From Nitrospira sp. (GTDB lineage Bacteria > Nitrospirota > Thermodesulfovibrionia > UBA6902), in NCBI GenBank assembly GCA_016784355.1, contig JADHUV010000004.1, positions 48,201 to 112,200 of the forward strand: a stretch of 64,000 nucleotides of DNA, read 5' to 3'. Under the pieces are notes generated by a model. It saw only the letters and a program-made list of their open reading frames with translations. It ran no database searches and had not been told where the DNA came from. A program made the position numbers and the translations under genes. Of this stretch, positions 39,011 to 48,575 are shown one piece after another. The first letter of the stretch is position 1. The number at the start of each line of letters is the position of its first letter.

Positions 39011-39505
39011 ATGCAAATGCTCAAGATATGCCTGATTATCCTTTCGGTTATTTTCATGGCTGCATGTGAAGGTGAAACCCCGAAATCCGCTGTTGATAGT
39101 CCTAATGTTACGGTTGAGAATCCAGCACGTATAGATATTGCTCCGGGGGAGTCTGCCGAGGTTGTGGTAGCGATTACAGTTGCTTCAGAATATCATGTGC
39201 AGGCCAACCCTTCTGCTGACGAGTTTCTTATCCCTCTTACAATTGTTTTTGATGAACATGACGGACTGCATATTGGTAAACCGGTATATCCCCCGCCGGA
39301 GAGGCACCATTTCGAGTGGAGTCCGATCGAGCTTTTTACATACTCCGGCAAGGTTCTTCTGCCATTTCAGCTTAGTGTTGATGAATCAATAACAGCTGGA
39401 GATCGGTTGCTAACAGGAACACTTCGTTATCAGGCGTGCTCCTACTTTATCTGTCGACCGCCGAAGCAGGCAGATGTTCGGCTTGCGGTACGTATTGTTC
39501 AGTGA
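39011..39505 (+). CDS. DsbD N-terminal (alpha-domain)-like lipoprotein
   Basis: Lipobox FMAACEG, and the C-terminal Cys pair in RYQACSYFICRPP that is typical of DsbD-alpha. Confidence 0.55.
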   Translation: MQMLKICLIILSVIFMAACEGETPKSAVDSPNVTVENPARIDIAPGESAEVVVAITVASEYHVQANPSADEFLIPLTIVFDEHDGLHIGKPVYPPPERHHFEWSPIELFTYSGKVLLPFQLSVDESITAGDRLLTGTLRYQACSYFICRPPKQADVRLAVRIVQ

Positions 39506-39756
39506 GACAGTATTAATTCTCTAGTCATGCTTTGATCATCAATCGTCATTCTCCGCTATTGTCTTTCTGATAGAAAAGAGAGTGATCAATAGTGATGAAA
39601 GACTTCTGAAGTAGAGTTTATCAATTACTCACCAATGGGACTTTAAAAAATAGCCGCGCTGTTGGTGAGATTCAATATATATCATTGACATTGCCTGATA
39701 ATGTTATATACCATTAAATATGGTAGCAATTACAATAAATATGGTAATAACAATAT

Positions 39757-40086
39757 ATGCTTGAGGGACTTTTTGGAAACCCGGTAATAGAAAAGATATT
39801 CTTTACACTTGTTGTTTACAGTGAGTGCTATGCGCTTGGACTGGCAAAGACGTTTAATGAGCCGGTCAATAAATTTCAGCAGCAGTTAAAGAGGCTTGAA
39901 GAGGGCGGCCTTGTAGTAAGCAGGTTAGTTGGCAATACACGGCTTTATACATTTAACCCGCGCTACCCTTTTTTAAAGGAACTCTCGGCATTCCTATCAA
40001 AGGCTTTCGAATTTGTTCCTGCTCAGGAGAAAGAAAAATATTATCGTAAACGTACACGGCCGCGGCGTCAGGGTAAGCCGTTATGA
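39757..40086 (+). CDS. Winged-helix DNA-binding protein, possible antitoxin-like partner
   Basis: 109 aa, with an HTH-like segment and a basic tail. It lies directly upstream of the nucleotidyltransferase. Confidence 0.35.
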   Translation: MLEGLFGNPVIEKIFFTLVVYSECYALGLAKTFNEPVNKFQQQLKRLEEGGLVVSRLVGNTRLYTFNPRYPFLKELSAFLSKAFEFVPAQEKEKYYRKRTRPRRQGKPL

Positions 40087-40615
40087 AGATTAACTGGAAA
40101 AAGATTAATATTAAAGATCTGGCAGCACTGGTCTGTCATAAGTTGACCGAAAACGATATTGATGCCGTACTGGTAGGCGGTGCATGTGTCTCTATATATA
40201 CTAAAAACGAATATGCCTCATTTGATCTGGATTTTGTATCTCATGCACGGCTGAAAAATATTGCCCCTGTATTAAAAGAGTTAGGTTTTTACAGGGAAGG
40301 TACACGTCACTTTATCAGGGAGAGTGTCCGTACTTTATTGAGTTTGTTGCACCCCCATTGGCAATAGGACGTGAGCCTGTAAAAGAAGAGCAGATAATTA
40401 AAACCAATTTTGGAAGCGTGAGGTTACTAACCTCGACAGATAGTGTTAAAGACAGGCTTGCAGCATATTATCATTGGAATGATCCCCAGGCTCTTGAGCA
40501 GGCTATTATGGTTGCAAAGGCTCAGAAAGTGAATATTGAAGAGATAGGAAAGTGGTCCGTAAAAGAAGGGCATAAAGAGAAATATGAAATTTTTTTGAAA
40601 ATGCTGAAGCTATAG
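40083..40615 (+). pseudogene. AbiEii/DUF1814-like nucleotidyltransferase split by a frameshift near 40358
   Basis: N-terminal part carries the NTase motif VLVGGACVSIY...SFDLDF. The C-terminal part continues in the +1 frame from 40358. Confidence 0.45.
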
Positions 40616-40706
40616 ATAGATTGCTGATCTTTTGCCTATGTGCCTTTGCCCCTTATTCTCTTCCCACCCGCTGTAGATTTCTGCGTAATGCGTAGACCTG
40701 TCACCT

Positions 40707-41342
40707 CTACTCTTCCAGCATCACAAGCGCAGACATCATAGCTACCGCCCATACAATATCTGAAAGTGCAATCTGTAAATCACAGGTCGAGTCAAGAAAG
40801 AGATCTACGCGGGGCGGGTACTCTTCATCAGCAACCCATAAGAGGAGTGTCACGGGGACTCTTGGAAGCGGGTATAATTTTATTGCAGCATCACCAAGAC
40901 CTTCAACCTTCTCTGCCCCGAACTTTTGACCTTGACAGACAAACCCTTTGGGATCATTAGCAAATCTTTCGGCTAGCTTATCAAGAGGAAGTATATGAGT
41001 TCCTTTTGAAAACCTGTGACCGCCTTTTACATCTGTGGGCTTGATTAACTGGCCTGAAAGGGCTATGTCTTTGGATGTCGCAAAATAGCAGAGAACAGAG
41101 AGGCGGTAAAAATCTTTGAATTTTCCAAGAAACAATTCGCCTTCTTTGTGATGGCACTCAATCTTTCTGTCGCAGGGGAAAACCTGAAACTCAGTACCGA
41201 AACATTTGATGGCATATGCACCAGTGGATTTATCAAAGATTGAGCTGGTTCGCTTACTCACATCCGCGGAATCGAGCTCGCAGATATCATCCCAGGATTT
41301 TTCTTCGCCGTAGATGGTTTTGATGGGTACGAGTTCTTCCAT
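40707..41342 (-). CDS. Hypothetical protein, possibly DUF3786-like
   Basis: 211-aa ORF. The family assignment is from memory only. Confidence 0.3.
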   Translation of the reverse strand: MEELVPIKTIYGEEKSWDDICELDSADVSKRTSSIFDKSTGAYAIKCFGTEFQVFPCDRKIECHHKEGELFLGKFKDFYRLSVLCYFATSKDIALSGQLIKPTDVKGGHRFSKGTHILPLDKLAERFANDPKGFVCQGQKFGAEKVEGLGDAAIKLYPLPRVPVTLLLWVADEEYPPRVDLFLDSTCDLQIALSDIVWAVAMMSALVMLEE

Positions 41343-41392
41343 GATCTGCCGTATTAAGTTGATACACTAAAATACTTGTTAAACCCGGGTAT

Positions 41393-42910
41393 TTATTTTC
41401 GCATTATCCGGTAGTAAATAATCCTGCATAAAACGGCCGGATTTCTTTTGAAGGCATCCAACATTCTAAAGAGGATAACTGTAGGCCGTTTGAGAAATGT
41501 TTTCAAATAATAATTTCTGCTCAGCGATAAAACTAGAGATTGCAATTCACTTACCGTCCAGTTCCTGGATTTTAATGATGGCCTGTCATAGGTAATATTG
41601 GTGAGGTCAAATTCTCTTATAAACAGGTTTTTATCTTCAGCCTGTTTCCACAAACGGGTTCCGGGAAGAGGCGTAGCGTAATTGAAGCCCGCTATCTGAA
41701 GATTACATTTAAGCGCAAACCTGAAAGTATCTTTTACGTCTTCCAGAGTCTCATCAGGAAAGCCTATTATGAAAAATCCGGCAAGGGTGATTTTGTATTG
41801 TGAAATAAGGCGGCAAATTTCCAGTATCTTTTCCAGTTTCACCGGTTTTCCAATAACCTTCGTTATAACACGCTGGTTTCCGCTTTCAATGGCGGCAATA
41901 ACATAATGGCATCCGGATTCACTCATTGCCTTGATTCGCTCTTCATCCAGTGACCAGAGTGCTATCCCATTGGGCATCGACCAATGTAAGTTCATTCCTT
42001 TAAGCTTGTCACAAATATCCAGGGTTCTTTGTTTGTTGAATGTAAAATTATCATCCTGAACCTGAAATTCCTCTATCTTATATTCCTTTTTTAAATGCTC
42101 AAGCTCTGCAATTACATTCGCGGCAGAACGATATCTGTATTTATTGCCCCATATTTTGGTTGATGAACAAAAGGCGCATTTTGCGGTGCATCCCCTTGAG
42201 GTCATAATAGGCGTGCTTCTTGTACTCTTATAAATGCCTCCCTGAGGGGAAGAGATCTTGAAATATTTTTCCATCGGCAATAAATGACGCGCCGGAAATG
42301 CAATGTCATCTAAATTAGTGATAAACCTTTGTTTCGGTTGATGGACAATATTGTTATCGGAGTCTTTATATACAATTCCATCTATCGTCTTTAGACCATC
42401 GGTATTGTTATCATTTATAGATATTGAAAATTCTAAGATACTGTTTTCACTTTCCCCTAAAAATACAAAATCTATAGCCTTATTTGCTGCAAAGTGTTCC
42501 GGCAGGGCAGAAGGCGTTGGCCCGCCTATGATTGTATATTTTGTCCCGCATTCTTTTGCGATTTTGCATATTTCTACAGCGATATCAGAAACAGATGTAA
42601 ATAAACAGGAAACTCCGAGAACGTCGGGTTTAAAATTGTCAATTTCCTTCCTGATTTTATTTAAGCTTAAGCCATAATACTTATAATTGTTATGCTCGAA
42701 CTCGTTATCTATGCCTTCAATAACAGTATCCAATATCTTTACTTCATGGCTTTGCTTAAGCAGTACTGCCGATATATAAGCCAGTCCGAGCGGAACAACG
42801 GCCTTGTTTACTTCATTGCGAAGTTTTCGGTTGGGTGGATTAATAAATAAATATTTCATTCGGAGGTTAGCTTGTAAGATGGTATTTCTACTCGTGCTTA
42901 AGCTTAGCAT
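41393..42910 (-). CDS. B12-binding-domain radical SAM enzyme (class B); start probably at the internal MKYLFINPP
   Basis: Radical SAM CxxxCxxC motif within RGCTAKCAFCSS, with an N-terminal B12-binding-like domain. Confidence 0.7.
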   Translation of the reverse strand: MLSLSTSRNTILQANLRMKYLFINPPNRKLRNEVNKAVVPLGLAYISAVLLKQSHEVKILDTVIEGIDNEFEHNNYKYYGLSLNKIRKEIDNFKPDVLGVSCLFTSVSDIAVEICKIAKECGTKYTIIGGPTPSALPEHFAANKAIDFVFLGESENSILEFSISINDNNTDGLKTIDGIVYKDSDNNIVHQPKQRFITNLDDIAFPARHLLPMEKYFKISSPQGGIYKSTRSTPIMTSRGCTAKCAFCSSTKIWGNKYRYRSAANVIAELEHLKKEYKIEEFQVQDDNFTFNKQRTLDICDKLKGMNLHWSMPNGIALWSLDEERIKAMSESGCHYVIAAIESGNQRVITKVIGKPVKLEKILEICRLISQYKITLAGFFIIGFPDETLEDVKDTFRFALKCNLQIAGFNYATPLPGTRLWKQAEDKNLFIREFDLTNITYDRPSLKSRNWTVSELQSLVLSLSRNYYLKTFLKRPTVILFRMLDAFKRNPAVLCRIIYYRIMRK

Positions 42911-42984
42911 ATAAATAATTAAACTGATAGGTGATTCTTGTGGCTCGGTTAATACATATTTATATGAAGCGAGGGTTGTTATAT

Positions 42985-45900
42985 TTATGCAAGTTCCTCT
43001 ATAAGCTTATAGAGTTCCCCATATATCTCATCCCATTTCTTCCCCTTAATATAAAGCTCAAGTCCCCCCTCAGGCAGAAACTTGATTTTCCCGCGGCGGG
43101 TAGTATCAAGGGCAAACATTTTTTCAGGTGTGACCGGGGTCTGTTCATCAAACAGGACTTTTATGCGGCCTGAGGAACTGGTGATTTTGGTGATTAATAA
43201 TTCTCTAGCACGGACCTTCAGCTGCATGAGTTCTACCAGTCTTGCGGTCTCTTCCGGCATTGGTCCGAAGCGGTCTTTCAGTTCATCTCCAAGGGAGGTT
43301 AGGGACTCTATAGTCTTGGAATTTGCTATCTTGCGATAGATGCTCATCCTGATACCGGGGGTCTCTATATAATGTTCTGATATTTGTGCTGTGACAGGTA
43401 GACTCAGTTCCGGTTCTATGGTCAGGGCTGGTTTTTCTCCCTTGAGTTCTGAGACAGCTGCCTCCAGCATTTCCAGATATAGTTCAAAGCCGATTGATTC
43501 GATGTGTCCTGACTGCTCTGCGCCCAGGAGGTTGCCCGCTCCCCGTATCTCCAGGTCCTTCATCGCCAGTCGAAAGCCTGCACCGAGATATCCCATTTCC
43601 TGTATCGCCTGGAGTTTTTCCCGTGCTTCCGCACTAATCGCGTCTTCTCCGGGGATGAGAAAATAGGCGTAGGCACTGACATTAGATCGTCCTACTCTGC
43701 CGCGCAGCTGATACAGATCCGCCAGGCCGAAGCGGTCTGAACGGTTTATGAAAATAGTATTGGCAGTCGGGACATCAAGTCCGGAGCCAATGATAGTTGT
43801 AGAGACCAGGACATTTATCTCCTGATGAAAAAATTTGTGCATAATGGCTTCCAGCTCTTTTTCCTTCATCTGTCCATGGGCGACCGCGACCTTACTGCCC
43901 GGGACAAGTCCCATGATAAAACTCCCCATTTTATAAATATCCTCGATCCGGTTGTGAACGAAAAAGACCTGTCCGCCTCGGTCGATTTCATGGATGATGG
44001 CTTCCTGGATTAATACAGGGTTAAATGCCGCAACGGTACTTCTGACCGCAAGCCGCTCCTCCGGTGGTGTCTCTATCGTGCTCATACCGCGTATCCCGGA
44101 TACCGCCATGTGCAGGGTACGCGGGATCGGCGTCGCAGATAAAGTCAGCACATCAACGGCTGCCATGATTTCTTTAATACGTTCTTTATGCGTCACGCCG
44201 AACTTGTGTTCTTCATCTATGACCAGCAGGCCTAGATCTGCAAACTGTACGCCCTTTCCGAGCAGCTTGTGTGTACCTATAACAATGTCTATGCTGCCAT
44301 CTGCGAGTCCCATCAGGGTTTCTTTTAATTCAGCAGGTGATTTAAAGCGGCTCAGGTAATCAATCTTGACAGGGAAGGCTGAAAAACGTGAGATAAAGGT
44401 TTCGTAATGCTGTTCAGCAAGTATGGTCGTTGGAACAAGCACCGCTGCCTGTTTTGAATCGAATACCGCCTTGAAGCAGGCTCGCATCACTACCTCGGTC
44501 TTACCGTATCCTACATCGCCGCAAAGCAGACGGTCCATGGGTACGGGCTGTTCCATATCGCGTTTGATCTCCTTGATAGAGGTAAGCTGATCAGGAGTTT
44601 CTTCATATTTAAAAAAATCATCAAATTCATTATGCATAGTGGAATCTTCAGAAAAGGCAAAGCCCTCGGCCGCTGTCCGGTTGGCGTAAATCTTTATAAG
44701 CTGGTCCGCCATATCCTTGATCTTTTTTCGGACACGCTGTTTTGTCTTTTGCCAGGTCTTGCCTCCAAGTTTGTCCAGCTTTGGCCGGCCGACCCCCGGA
44801 GCATTAAAACGCTGTACATAATTGATCTTGTCCAGGGGGACAAAGAGTTTGTCGCCTCCAAGGTATTCAATGGTGACAAAGTCGTATTGCCTGCCCTCGA
44901 TTATATCTTTCTGTATTCCCAGATACGTGCCGATCCCATGGTCAGCGTGTACAACAAGGTCTCCCGTCTGAAATTCTTCCACAGAGGAAATCAGATTCTT
45001 TACATGAGATACCTGCGCTGAACGAAAGACCGGTCTCTGGCCGAAGATCTCATGTTCTGAAAGAACCAGGGTGGTGCCGCAGGCAAAGCCGCGGCTTAGG
45101 CTTCCTACTGTAATAACAAGCTGCCCGTCATGCACGATTGCTTCAGGGTTGGGCAGGATCTGCACTCCGGTATCCTTTTCATTAAAAAGATCCCTAAGTC
45201 GTTTTGCCTGCCCTTCTGAGGAGCAGACCATCAGCAGGGCATATGTGTTTCTCAGCAGTTTGGCTGTTTCGATAAATTCATAGATAGTCTTACGCTCTTC
45301 TCTTGCCAGACCGAGACCGGAGATACTTCGTATGTCCAGTTTCAGGCCATCGGACTCAAGTGGAAGCGCGGTCAGAGAGAGTGTACTGATATCCTGCAGC
45401 AGTTCAAACATATCCGGCTCATGTCTTTTGATATCGTCCGGCTCATACATAATCAACGCATAATCAGACAGGAGTGTAAACAGGTCTGAGCCGCCTTCCG
45501 GCTCAGCAGCAGGATGTATCATGACCTCATTGATTTCATGCACAGACAGCTGGGTGTCAAGATCAAAATAACGCAGGGACTCTATCTCATCACCGAAAAA
45601 TTCGATTCTTACCGGCTGCTCGCTCTCAGGAGGGAAAATGTCTAAAATGCCACCCCTTAAACTGATCTCACCGCCTGTAGAAACCATAGATGCCATATGA
45701 TATCCCTGCTTTGCCAGATGTTGAATAAGATCATCGCGATTAGTGGTGCCGCCTTTTGTGATGCAGAGCGGGGCATGCTGTGCCTCGCTCCATACCGGTG
45801 CAGTAGCGGCATCTATCGAGGCTATCACGCTGCTGTCGTCATGGCGATACAGGGCGGTGAGGCTCTTGATACGGGATAAGCTGCCAGGTGGTTCTACAAG

Positions 45901-46113
45901 CACGGCAGGACGAACTTTATGACAGGCCGCCCAGAACTGGAAATCTGCGTTCAGCTGTAAGGCTGTCTCATCAGAGGCGCAGAGCAGCAGACATTTTTCA
46001 GGCAGCAGTGAGGTCAGCAATGCAGCTGATGAGCCGTGCAGTGAGGTGACACTGGTTACGCTTTGTTGTATCGCACGTACAGTCTGATGGAAATTGGTAA
46101 AGTCCAGAGGCAT
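42985..46113 (-). CDS. mfd: Transcription-repair coupling factor
   Basis: 1042 aa. Superfamily-2 helicase motifs GDVGYGKTEV and DEEHKFG, and the TRCF domain order. Confidence 0.9.
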   Translation of the reverse strand: MPLDFTNFHQTVRAIQQSVTSVTSLHGSSAALLTSLLPEKCLLLCASDETALQLNADFQFWAACHKVRPAVLVEPPGSLSRIKSLTALYRHDDSSVIASIDAATAPVWSEAQHAPLCITKGGTTNRDDLIQHLAKQGYHMASMVSTGGEISLRGGILDIFPPESEQPVRIEFFGDEIESLRYFDLDTQLSVHEINEVMIHPAAEPEGGSDLFTLLSDYALIMYEPDDIKRHEPDMFELLQDISTLSLTALPLESDGLKLDIRSISGLGLAREERKTIYEFIETAKLLRNTYALLMVCSSEGQAKRLRDLFNEKDTGVQILPNPEAIVHDGQLVITVGSLSRGFACGTTLVLSEHEIFGQRPVFRSAQVSHVKNLISSVEEFQTGDLVVHADHGIGTYLGIQKDIIEGRQYDFVTIEYLGGDKLFVPLDKINYVQRFNAPGVGRPKLDKLGGKTWQKTKQRVRKKIKDMADQLIKIYANRTAAEGFAFSEDSTMHNEFDDFFKYEETPDQLTSIKEIKRDMEQPVPMDRLLCGDVGYGKTEVVMRACFKAVFDSKQAAVLVPTTILAEQHYETFISRFSAFPVKIDYLSRFKSPAELKETLMGLADGSIDIVIGTHKLLGKGVQFADLGLLVIDEEHKFGVTHKERIKEIMAAVDVLTLSATPIPRTLHMAVSGIRGMSTIETPPEERLAVRSTVAAFNPVLIQEAIIHEIDRGGQVFFVHNRIEDIYKMGSFIMGLVPGSKVAVAHGQMKEKELEAIMHKFFHQEINVLVSTTIIGSGLDVPTANTIFINRSDRFGLADLYQLRGRVGRSNVSAYAYFLIPGEDAISAEAREKLQAIQEMGYLGAGFRLAMKDLEIRGAGNLLGAEQSGHIESIGFELYLEMLEAAVSELKGEKPALTIEPELSLPVTAQISEHYIETPGIRMSIYRKIANSKTIESLTSLGDELKDRFGPMPEETARLVELMQLKVRARELLITKITSSSGRIKVLFDEQTPVTPEKMFALDTTRRGKIKFLPEGGLELYIKGKKWDEIYGELYKLIEELA

Positions 46114-46218
46114 TATAGAAATAGTAATCAGTGTTCAGTTTAGTACTCCAGTATATCACAATGTAAACTGGCTCGGTTATAATATAGCGATTTTGTGTTT
46201 ATTTTTCTGGAGGTTTAA

Positions 46219-47175
46219 ATGTACGCTCGTCATATGCTGTCTGCAGACCCGGATTATTCCAGAAGGATATTATGTATTGTGTTTGCAGTGGTGTTAAGTA
46301 TCACGGCCGGTTGCTCCCCTGATGAAAAACCCAAAAAGGTCAGTCTCTATGCAAAGTCTGAGGCAGGCGCACATCGCCTGCATAGTCCCAAGCCTAATAC
46401 TTTATGGTTTGGTTTTGATTTGCGTCTTGGACCCAAAGAAGAGATCAGTATTTACTCTCCTTTTTTAAAATATCTTGAGAGCAGTACGGGAAACAGGTTC
46501 CGGATAAAGTTTACAAAAGATTATGAGGATACCGTTGGCAATCTTGGAAACGGCTCCACTCACTTTGCAGCGCTCGGGACTCTCAGTTATGTGATAGGGG
46601 AGAAAAAGTACGGTATTAAATATCTTGTCAGCGGAGTAAACCGTGAAGGAGATGCGCGCTACCATGCCATGATAGTGGTGCCTCCTGACAGTGATATACA
46701 AACTATTGCGGACATAGCCGGGCGATGCTTTGCCTTCGGTTCTAATATGTCTACTCAGGGGCACCTTATTCCGAGAAAAATGCTTGAAGACGGCGGAGTT
46801 ACTTTAGACCGGCTGAAAAAATACTTTTATGCCGGTTCTCACTCTAATGCGGTAAAGGCAATCTTAAACAGGGAATGCGACGCTGCAGGGCTGCAGGATA
46901 CGCTGGCCAATCGGCTGGCAGCCGAGGGCAAGCTCAGGATCATCAAAATATCAGAACCTTATCCGAGCAGTGTCATTGCTTATAACAATTCTATAGATGC
47001 CGCAATAGTGCAGACCGTTAGAAAGGCACTTTTGGAGTTTGAACCTCAGGGGCGAAATAAAGATCAGATGTATGATTGGGACCGCACTGAGATGCCCCTT
47101 GGCTTTACCGGTATAAGTGAGCTGGAACTTCAGAAGGTCAGAGTGCTCGCCGAGAGGTATGATCTTCTGCAATGA
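46219..47175 (+). CDS. PhnD/SsuA-like periplasmic substrate-binding protein, of the phosphonate-binding family
   Basis: Signal and lipobox present. Periplasmic-binding-fold motifs. The stop overlaps the kinase start (ATGA). Confidence 0.6.
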   Translation: MYARHMLSADPDYSRRILCIVFAVVLSITAGCSPDEKPKKVSLYAKSEAGAHRLHSPKPNTLWFGFDLRLGPKEEISIYSPFLKYLESSTGNRFRIKFTKDYEDTVGNLGNGSTHFAALGTLSYVIGEKKYGIKYLVSGVNREGDARYHAMIVVPPDSDIQTIADIAGRCFAFGSNMSTQGHLIPRKMLEDGGVTLDRLKKYFYAGSHSNAVKAILNRECDAAGLQDTLANRLAAEGKLRIIKISEPYPSSVIAYNNSIDAAIVQTVRKALLEFEPQGRNKDQMYDWDRTEMPLGFTGISELELQKVRVLAERYDLLQ

Positions 47176-48575
47176 AATTAAGAACTAAAATTGCACTGCT
47201 GACTATTGCCATAGCCTTTAGTATGTGGCTTATCACGATCCTTTCGATCAGAGGGGTAGTGATCGAGGCGATGAGGGGTGAGCTTGAAAAAAAGGCGGTT
47301 TCCATTGCCCGTAACCTCTCAGACCGTGTTGCCAACAGCATAATACTGAAAGATTATTTTCAGACCTCCACGGCCCTGGATGAGGTTCTGTCAAAGGAAC
47401 AGGATCTGGAATATATATTTGTGACGGATGATGCCGGCAGGGTATTTTCTCATACATTTAAGGAGGAGGCGCCAGAGGATGTCCTGACCTGGAATCCGCT
47501 GGGCAGTGATCATGTCCGGGTTCAGTTGCTGGATACAGAGAAGGGCTATATAAGGGATGTGGGTGTGAGTGTATTTAAAGGAGCAAAATCAGAGCTGCAC
47601 CTGGGAATCCGTGAGCAAAGCCTGCAGGATACCCTGCATGAGATGAGGTATATAACCTTTCCGGTACTGATTCTGGTGCTGGTATTCGGGGTCATAGCCT
47701 CGCTTATAATCAGTCGTCTTACCACAAAACCGCTTCAGCAGTTTGTTGAGTTTACCAAGGTGCTGGGAAGGGGTGATTATGGCAAAAAAGTGGAGGTTCC
47801 CTATGGTGATGAGATCGGGTATCTTGCACGTAATTTTAATAGGCTCTCGATGGAGCTGAAAACCGCCAGTGAGAAGATGGCGGAGGCCTACACCTACACG
47901 CACCTGCTGCAGGCGGAGAAACTTTCCTCGATTGGACAGATATCTGCGGGACTGGCGCATGAATTGAAAAATCCCATGACCACTTTGAAGATGTTGTTTC
48001 AGTCATTTAAGGAGCAGCCTGATATGACCAAAGAAGATGCAGAGGTCATAAATAATGAGATCAATAGAATAGATACTATCCTGACGAACTTTATCGGATT
48101 TGTAAGGCAGAAAGAGTTTCAGTATACAGATACCGACCTTGCTGAACTGGTAGATCGTGTCCTGTCGGTTGCGACTTATGATATAGAAAATCGCGGGGTA
48201 ACCGTTATCAGGGATATGATAGATAATCTCCCGCACGTAAATGCAGACCGGGCCCTTTTAGAGCAGGTATTTTTAAATTTAATATTAAATGCCGTGCAGG
48301 CCATGCCAGGCGGCGGCGAGATCAGGATATCAGGCAAGACAGATGAACACTTTGTGGAGATCATAATCTGGGACAAGGGAAGCGGCATCGCCACTAAGCT
48401 GAAAAGCAAGATTTTTGACCCATTTTTTACTACAAAGGAACAGGGTACCGGCCTGGGCCTTTCGATCGCATATAATATAGTGAAGTCACATGGCGGCAAG
48501 CTGTTTTTTGACAGCGAGGCCGGCAAGGGCACAGTCTTTACCGTGAGGCTGCCAAAAGGAGAACAGGATGGATAA
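47172..48575 (+). CDS. Sensor histidine kinase with HAMP, HisKA and HATPase domains
   Basis: H-box SAGLAHELKNP, and N/G boxes LNLILNAVQA and GTGLGLS. Confidence 0.85.
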   Translation: MKLRTKIALLTIAIAFSMWLITILSIRGVVIEAMRGELEKKAVSIARNLSDRVANSIILKDYFQTSTALDEVLSKEQDLEYIFVTDDAGRVFSHTFKEEAPEDVLTWNPLGSDHVRVQLLDTEKGYIRDVGVSVFKGAKSELHLGIREQSLQDTLHEMRYITFPVLILVLVFGVIASLIISRLTTKPLQQFVEFTKVLGRGDYGKKVEVPYGDEIGYLARNFNRLSMELKTASEKMAEAYTYTHLLQAEKLSSIGQISAGLAHELKNPMTTLKMLFQSFKEQPDMTKEDAEVINNEINRIDTILTNFIGFVRQKEFQYTDTDLAELVDRVLSVATYDIENRGVTVIRDMIDNLPHVNADRALLEQVFLNLILNAVQAMPGGGEIRISGKTDEHFVEIIIWDKGSGIATKLKSKIFDPFFTTKEQGTGLGLSIAYNIVKSHGGKLFFDSEAGKGTVFTVRLPKGEQDG

